Position numbers and translations under genes: made by a program. The notes below the pieces were generated by a model. It ran no database searches and was not told where the DNA came from. It was given only the letters and a program-made list of their open reading frames with translations. Positions 57,898 to 64,000 of a stretch of 64,000 nucleotides of DNA are shown here, in pieces. Source of the DNA: Octopus vulgaris (Eukaryota); contig OX597831.1 of the NCBI GenBank assembly GCA_951406725.2, positions 78,492,001-78,556,000 of the forward strand, written 5' to 3'. Each line of letters begins with the position of its first letter. The stretch's first letter is position 1.

Positions 57898-58072
57898 TCA
57901 AAACATACCTTAGGAATGAGAACCTAAGTTCGAATTTTCCCCAAGACACCTGAAGAAGGCTGGAGGATATAACAGCTGAAACGTTAGCAACAAACAAGAC
58001 GAGGATAAATATCTGTCAACTGTAAATAATGTAAATAATGTACATAATTCCTAATCTCTTAAATATAGAACT
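57896..58072 (+). mobile_element. Hammerhead-bearing tail
   Basis: acac-CTGAAGA-a ggctg gaggatataa cagct-GAAA-cg-TT-agcaac (57946-57990); the 3' strand of stem I is missing. Confidence 0.75.
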
Positions 58073-58309
58073 GTATTAAGATACTTACCAGTTGATCACT
58101 GCAGTCGATGTAATTGACTTACTCCCCACCTCTCACCCAAATTGCTGGCATTGTGCCAAAATACGAAACTATTGTAATAAAACGGCTTTTATTTGAAGAC
58201 AGCAATTGTCTGTAGGTGTTCTTTTATAGATGTGTGCATCTTCATCTTTATCTTTATATTTTGTCTCAGTCATTAAATTGCGGCTATGCTGGAGCACCAC
58301 TTTGAAGAA

Positions 58310-58790
58310 TTGGGGAACTTAAGGGGCCGGAAAATGGGGCTGGTGAAGGCGTAGAAATTCTTCGACAACTAATCCGGACTCTTTCTGGAGGTACGGCAAG
58401 GAACGGTATGTTACTGCCACTCGTATTACCTTTCAGTCGTAATCCTCTCCGGCCAGGGTTTGACTATAGTCTCCAATAGCTTTACTTAGCCGACCGGAAG
58501 TGAGGCTAAGGCCCTGTTCAAAGATGTGAGACAGCATGATGTCACCCTCACTGGAAACACATCTAAAGGCCATCGCAGCTTTGGGCAATTTTGTTTTCAT
58601 AATGTCCCTGTCGCGTCTTTTCAGTCGTTATAGTGTTCACGGAGTATTAAGCAGCAGTTTTGATGTCGGCAGTTTGACACCCGGCGAAAATCATAATGAT
58701 ACAGGTAACTCCTTTCCTATATTCACATGGCTTAAAGCCCTCCAAGTCAGCTAACTTTTGTTCAACTACAACTTGAAACTTCATGCTCTC
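58310..58790 (-). pseudogene. Degraded Tc1/mariner-superfamily transposase
   Basis: MKTKLPKAAMAFRCVSSEGDIMLSHIFEQGL...KLLETIVKPWPERI...YEWQ...LSKNFYAFTSP; same type as 4600-5175. Confidence 0.8.
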
Positions 58791-59240
58791 CAAAGCCATT
58801 GACTGTTGACCAATACATCAAGCTCTTCCTATGAAAAAAAAAAGGACACATAAAAATCCTTAAATTTAGACCGAACGTCCTCTATAATTATTCCTGTTTT
58901 TGCATTCAATTTTCGTCATAAAAATAGAATCGTAGTCGTGTCTCCGGTTCCATATATTATATTTTCGACATATTGTCTGGACGGAACCAACTTCTTTTCA
59001 TGTAGAACAAGAGAAGCGACTGCGTATCAGGATATTTAATACAGAAAATATAATTAGTCAATAACTAATATCATTCTTTCATATATACATATATATATGT
59101 GTGTGTATATACAGTGTACACTTAAACACATAAGAGATGGCCATAAGAAGATATCTAAACTGCTAGAAGGAGTAGTTAAAATCCAAACCACAATTAGGGT
59201 TAATTTCGAAAGGGAATGAAACAAAAACATTTACCGTCTA

Positions 59241-59315
59241 TTTCCTGAACCATTGTTTCAAGCTATCTTCAGCAAATAATGTAATTTGCTAGGCGAAACT
59301 CTCATCAGCAGGAAA
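59241..59315 (-). ncRNA. Type I hammerhead ribozyme within inverted repeats
   Basis: Minus strand: tttcctg-CTGATGA-gagtt..tagcaaat tacatt atttgctg..agctt-GAAA-caatgg-TT-caggaaa. 7-bp stem I and full core. Confidence 0.8.
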
Positions 59316-59969
59316 GCCAAAGATTTTAACTACTTCTTCTAGAGGTTTGGATGTCCGATTAAATGTACACTGTATATATAATGAATAATATATAATTCTA
59401 TTGACTAGTTTTTCTACACGTAAGGCTATAATGGTAAAAAAATTCTAAATAATATTTTACTACCCTGAAATTTATTAATCATATATATTTGTATAGAGAT
59501 AGATATATGTAACATATGGTATAATCATAAACAGGAAAAATTTTAGCCATTTCTCCGCAGACGGAAAAAAAGACTACAGGCAACTTTAATGGGTTCCCAT
59601 TAGAAGCGTCTACACCATTCTGACAGTCTCCAAAGAAGTAGGCAGCCAAACTGCATATATATTCAACAAATATAGCAGTTACTCTTTGATGGAGTCCCTA
59701 ATTTGCATACCGAAAGTGCTTAACACTTTATAAATACCAGCAGCCTGTGAACGGGGATCTTATTCCATACAGTATCAACATAGGATATAATAAATATGTA
59801 TCATACGGTATAATTATAAACAGACTGAAAGAAATTTATGTATCTAATGTATATACTGTAAATTTAGAGTGAATACTTGCTAAGTGTAAGCACCTGTATA
59901 TGCCAGATAGTGGCAGACGTGAGAAAGTATATATCAAGTATGAATTAAAAACAGAACACAAAGGATATC

Positions 59970-60060
59970 GCGGTACACGTGTTTCAAGCTTTATAAACAA
60001 TCCGTTATTATATCAGTGTATTATTGATATAAAAGATGGTTTAAAGCTCCCTTCAGCCGC
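59970..60060 (-). ncRNA. Type I hammerhead motif with very long stem II and an A9>G change
   Basis: Minus strand: gcgg-CTGAAGG-gagcttta...ttatatca..tgatataa...taaagctt-GAAA-cacgtg-TA-ccgc. Confidence 0.7.
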
Positions 60061-60274
60061 AAACACTGTTGGTCCAAAGAGTTACAACACAATATAAAAA
60101 ATATGAAAAGTACATGTAGTATTACCCATTATAATAGGTTTATCATATCTCCTTGAAAAAGCGTATTTGTAAAATTTCCTAACTGTATAAATGTAAAAAG
60201 ATTCATTGGATTTCGAAAGTCTGCCCATACTGTATCACCAATCAGCATAGAGTATATAATGTATATACATATAC

Positions 60275-60355
<81 letters not shown>

Positions 60356-60573
60356 TAAATTTTAGGGTAGCAAAAAATTCTAGAAAGATTCTCCGCTACC
60401 AGCGGTCAAGTGAGAAAGAAAAAAATAGTCAAAAGACTATATAATATACATTCAAACATATAAGGGACGGCCATAATAGGACATGAGACTCACTAGAAAG
60501 AGCAGCTAAACTCCAAACCACTAATAGTTGTAATTCTGAAATGGAAAGAGAAATAAAAACGTTTACCCTCTCC

Positions 60574-60655
60574 TTTCTGGACTATGCATAGTTTCGGCAA
60601 TCTTTTGTAAATAAAATAAATTTATTTAACACTGGCGTTGCCTCGTCAGTAGAAA
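60574..60655 (-). ncRNA. Type I hammerhead ribozyme within 89-bp inverted repeats
   Basis: Minus strand: tttcta-CTGACGA-ggcaa...ttgcc-GAAA-ctatgcatag-TC-cagaaa. 10-nt palindromic stem III, GUC triplet; first stem I pair mismatched. Confidence 0.85.
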
Positions 60656-60747
60656 AGCCAAGGACAGAATTACAACTATTAGTGGTTTGGAGTTTAGCTG
60701 CTCTTTCTAGTGAGTCGGATGTCCTATTATGGCCATCCGTTATATGT

Positions 60748-61350
<603 letters not shown>

Positions 61351-62181
61351 AATTAAAAAAAGAAAACAAATCGATCAGTAAATATGAAGAAATGTATATT
61401 CGCAACTGAAGAATTTGCTGGAATTGCATCGAAACCATTAAATATTTCCTAAAAGATTTCCTCAAATGATGTAGAATAGTTAAATAGTCGCCTATTAACA
61501 GGAAGAATTTGGTATTCAAGAATGCAACACTGCAAAATTAACGAATCATTGGTCAGTGTTACACTTCGACGCTCCACCAATTCCAGCACTTACCATCTTT
61601 AATTTCTTCCATTCAAGCCAACAGGCAAAGAACTTTTATTAAAGAAGGAGAACAATCGATTTAAACCGACCTTTCCCCCCCTCAAGATTTAAACTTTTAC
61701 TAAATCCATCGACCCCAGGGGGAATATAAAGTAAAGTCGACCTCGACAACATTTGAACCCGATACATTATAGGGTATAATGACCCACCTAAATACAGTAA
61801 AATTTATTTCTCTGTCTACAGCAGAGAACAATGACTTAGTGATTCCTGCCACCACCGCCGTCCTTACCGTGGCCATCTCCACATATGATTTAACATTTCT
61901 AGCTAAGTGGACTAGGGTCATTGAGAGTTAACGGACAGCCAGTGGCATGAGATACGATCCGTTAAACAATTAGTTCGACCATCATATCGATATTTCAACA
62001 AGGTGGACACCAGCTGCGACTGTCGTTCCATTTACGTGTATTTATATAGCTTGTATTTATGCGCATGCGTCAACCTTTATATATATATATGTGTGTGTGT
62101 GTGTCTCAGTGTGCGTGTGTGCATGTGCATCTTGTATATACACATATATTACACATATAGGTACGTACGTTAATAAATTAA

Positions 62182-62218
<37 letters not shown>

Positions 62219-62219
62219 T

Positions 62220-62291
<72 letters not shown>

Positions 62292-62424
62292 CGTATATAT
62301 ATATATACGTATAAATATATATAGAACCAGATAGACTCAATACTATATATGTATATACATATATAAACAAATACGCACGCATATATATATATATATACAT
62401 GCATGTGTGTATACATATATGTAT

Positions 62425-62486
<62 letters not shown>

Positions 62487-62825
62487 GCATGTGTATACAT
62501 ATACGCATATACAAACATACATACGTATGTATGTGTGTATGTGTGCAACATATGTGTATATACACATACAGATACATGTGTGCATATTTATGTGTGAGTG
62601 TATGTCCAAGTATACTATCACCACCACCACCACCACCACCACCACCACTACACGCACCCATGCACCTACTCCTATATAAACGAAATGGTTACAATAATAC
62701 AGAGACGCGCAACAAACCGATTGTTATGATGTAACGGTGTAAACCTAAAATTATATGGGTATATATATACTATACACGCATACACATATACATGCATACA
62801 TAGACACAGAGACACAGACACACAG

Positions 62826-62866
<41 letters not shown>

Positions 62867-63076
62867 GCGTACGTACATTGTAGGTAACACAAGATATAAA
62901 AAAGACATTACCTGCATCTATATACGTGCGGTTGTGTGTGTGTGTGTTTTGTCTGTGTGTGTGTGTGTGTGTTTGTGTGTGTTAATTATAGTTCATTGGA
63001 TTGCAGGTGACTTAGGTTCTGTCGAGATGTTTGTATGTCATGTTTGTATGTATGTACTTTTGCGTGCATAATTGAA

Positions 63077-63258
<182 letters not shown>

Positions 63259-63632
63259 GAATACATATGCGCTGAGGCACAGGAATGCCTCTGTGGTAAG
63301 TAGCTTGCTTACCAACAGCATGGTTCTAGGTTCAGTCCCACTGCGTTGCACCTTGGCAAGTGTCTTTTACTATAGCTTCGGCCCGACCGAATCCTTGTGA
63401 GTGGATTTGGTAGAAACTGAAAGAAACACGTCGCATATATATATATATATATGCCTGTGTGTGTTTGTTAACATTTAGAAGAAATTTTTACAGGGACGTA
63501 TCTTTTGAAAGGACGTAAACATATCAACAACGGTTGTACAGAGGTGCAAGGGGACAAAATGCAGACAAACATATATATGATAGATCGTTAGCCACTTCAC
63601 ACATTTTTTCTCTCCTTGTTTTTTCTGTGTCC

Positions 63633-63667
63633 CTTTCTGTAAAGAGCGTAGGCTCGAAACGTAAAAG
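63633..63667 (+). ncRNA. Degenerate minimal hammerhead-like motif
   Basis: cttt-CTGTAAA-gagc gtag gctc-GAAA-cg-TA-aaag. All three stems are present but the core is non-canonical. The downstream tail is related to 39490-39560(-). Confidence 0.45.
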
Positions 63668-63756
63668 ACTTTTTCAATTGCTGAGCGTTATACTAATACA
63701 TTTGTTTGTTTTGTACACCACCTGTCTTCGTCTTCTGTTTTTTTTTTGTAAACTCT

Positions 63757-63792
<36 letters not shown>

Positions 63793-64000
63793 GAAGTGAT
63801 TTGTTCAGTTTCCGTTCTACCATTACCACTCACAATGCTTTGGTCGACACTTGCCCAGGGTGCCACGCAGTGGGACTGAACCCGGAATCATGTGGTTGGG
63901 AAGCAAACTTATAACCACACAGCCACGCCTTGAGATATATGTAGATAAATAAATTACAAATACCGCACACATAAATACAAACATATATATCATGTCATTA

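Overview
AT-rich animal DNA with an extreme microsatellite load. The tRNA-derived SINE families and repeat spectrum suggest an octopus/cephalopod genome (inference). No intact host gene is recognisable; almost all long ORFs in the track are microsatellite translations. The recognisable coding remnants are all transposons: an RTE LINE, several R4/Dong-type RLE LINE 3' fragments embedded in (AAT)n, Tx1-clade LINEs embedded in (TATC)n, a Penelope-like (PLE) reverse transcriptase relic and Tc1/mariner relics, plus MITEs and many SINEs. The main hidden signal, found by reading both strands, is about 13 type I hammerhead-ribozyme (HHR) motifs (stem I-CTGANGA-stem II-GAAA-palindromic stem III-NUH-stem I) in several sequence-distinct short non-coding repeat families. 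Several show Penelope-type architecture: a 351-bp partial tandem, HHRs at the tip of long inverted repeats, and a tRNA-headed HHR element with an inverted 5' copy. All structures were paired by eye; no folding program or database search was run.
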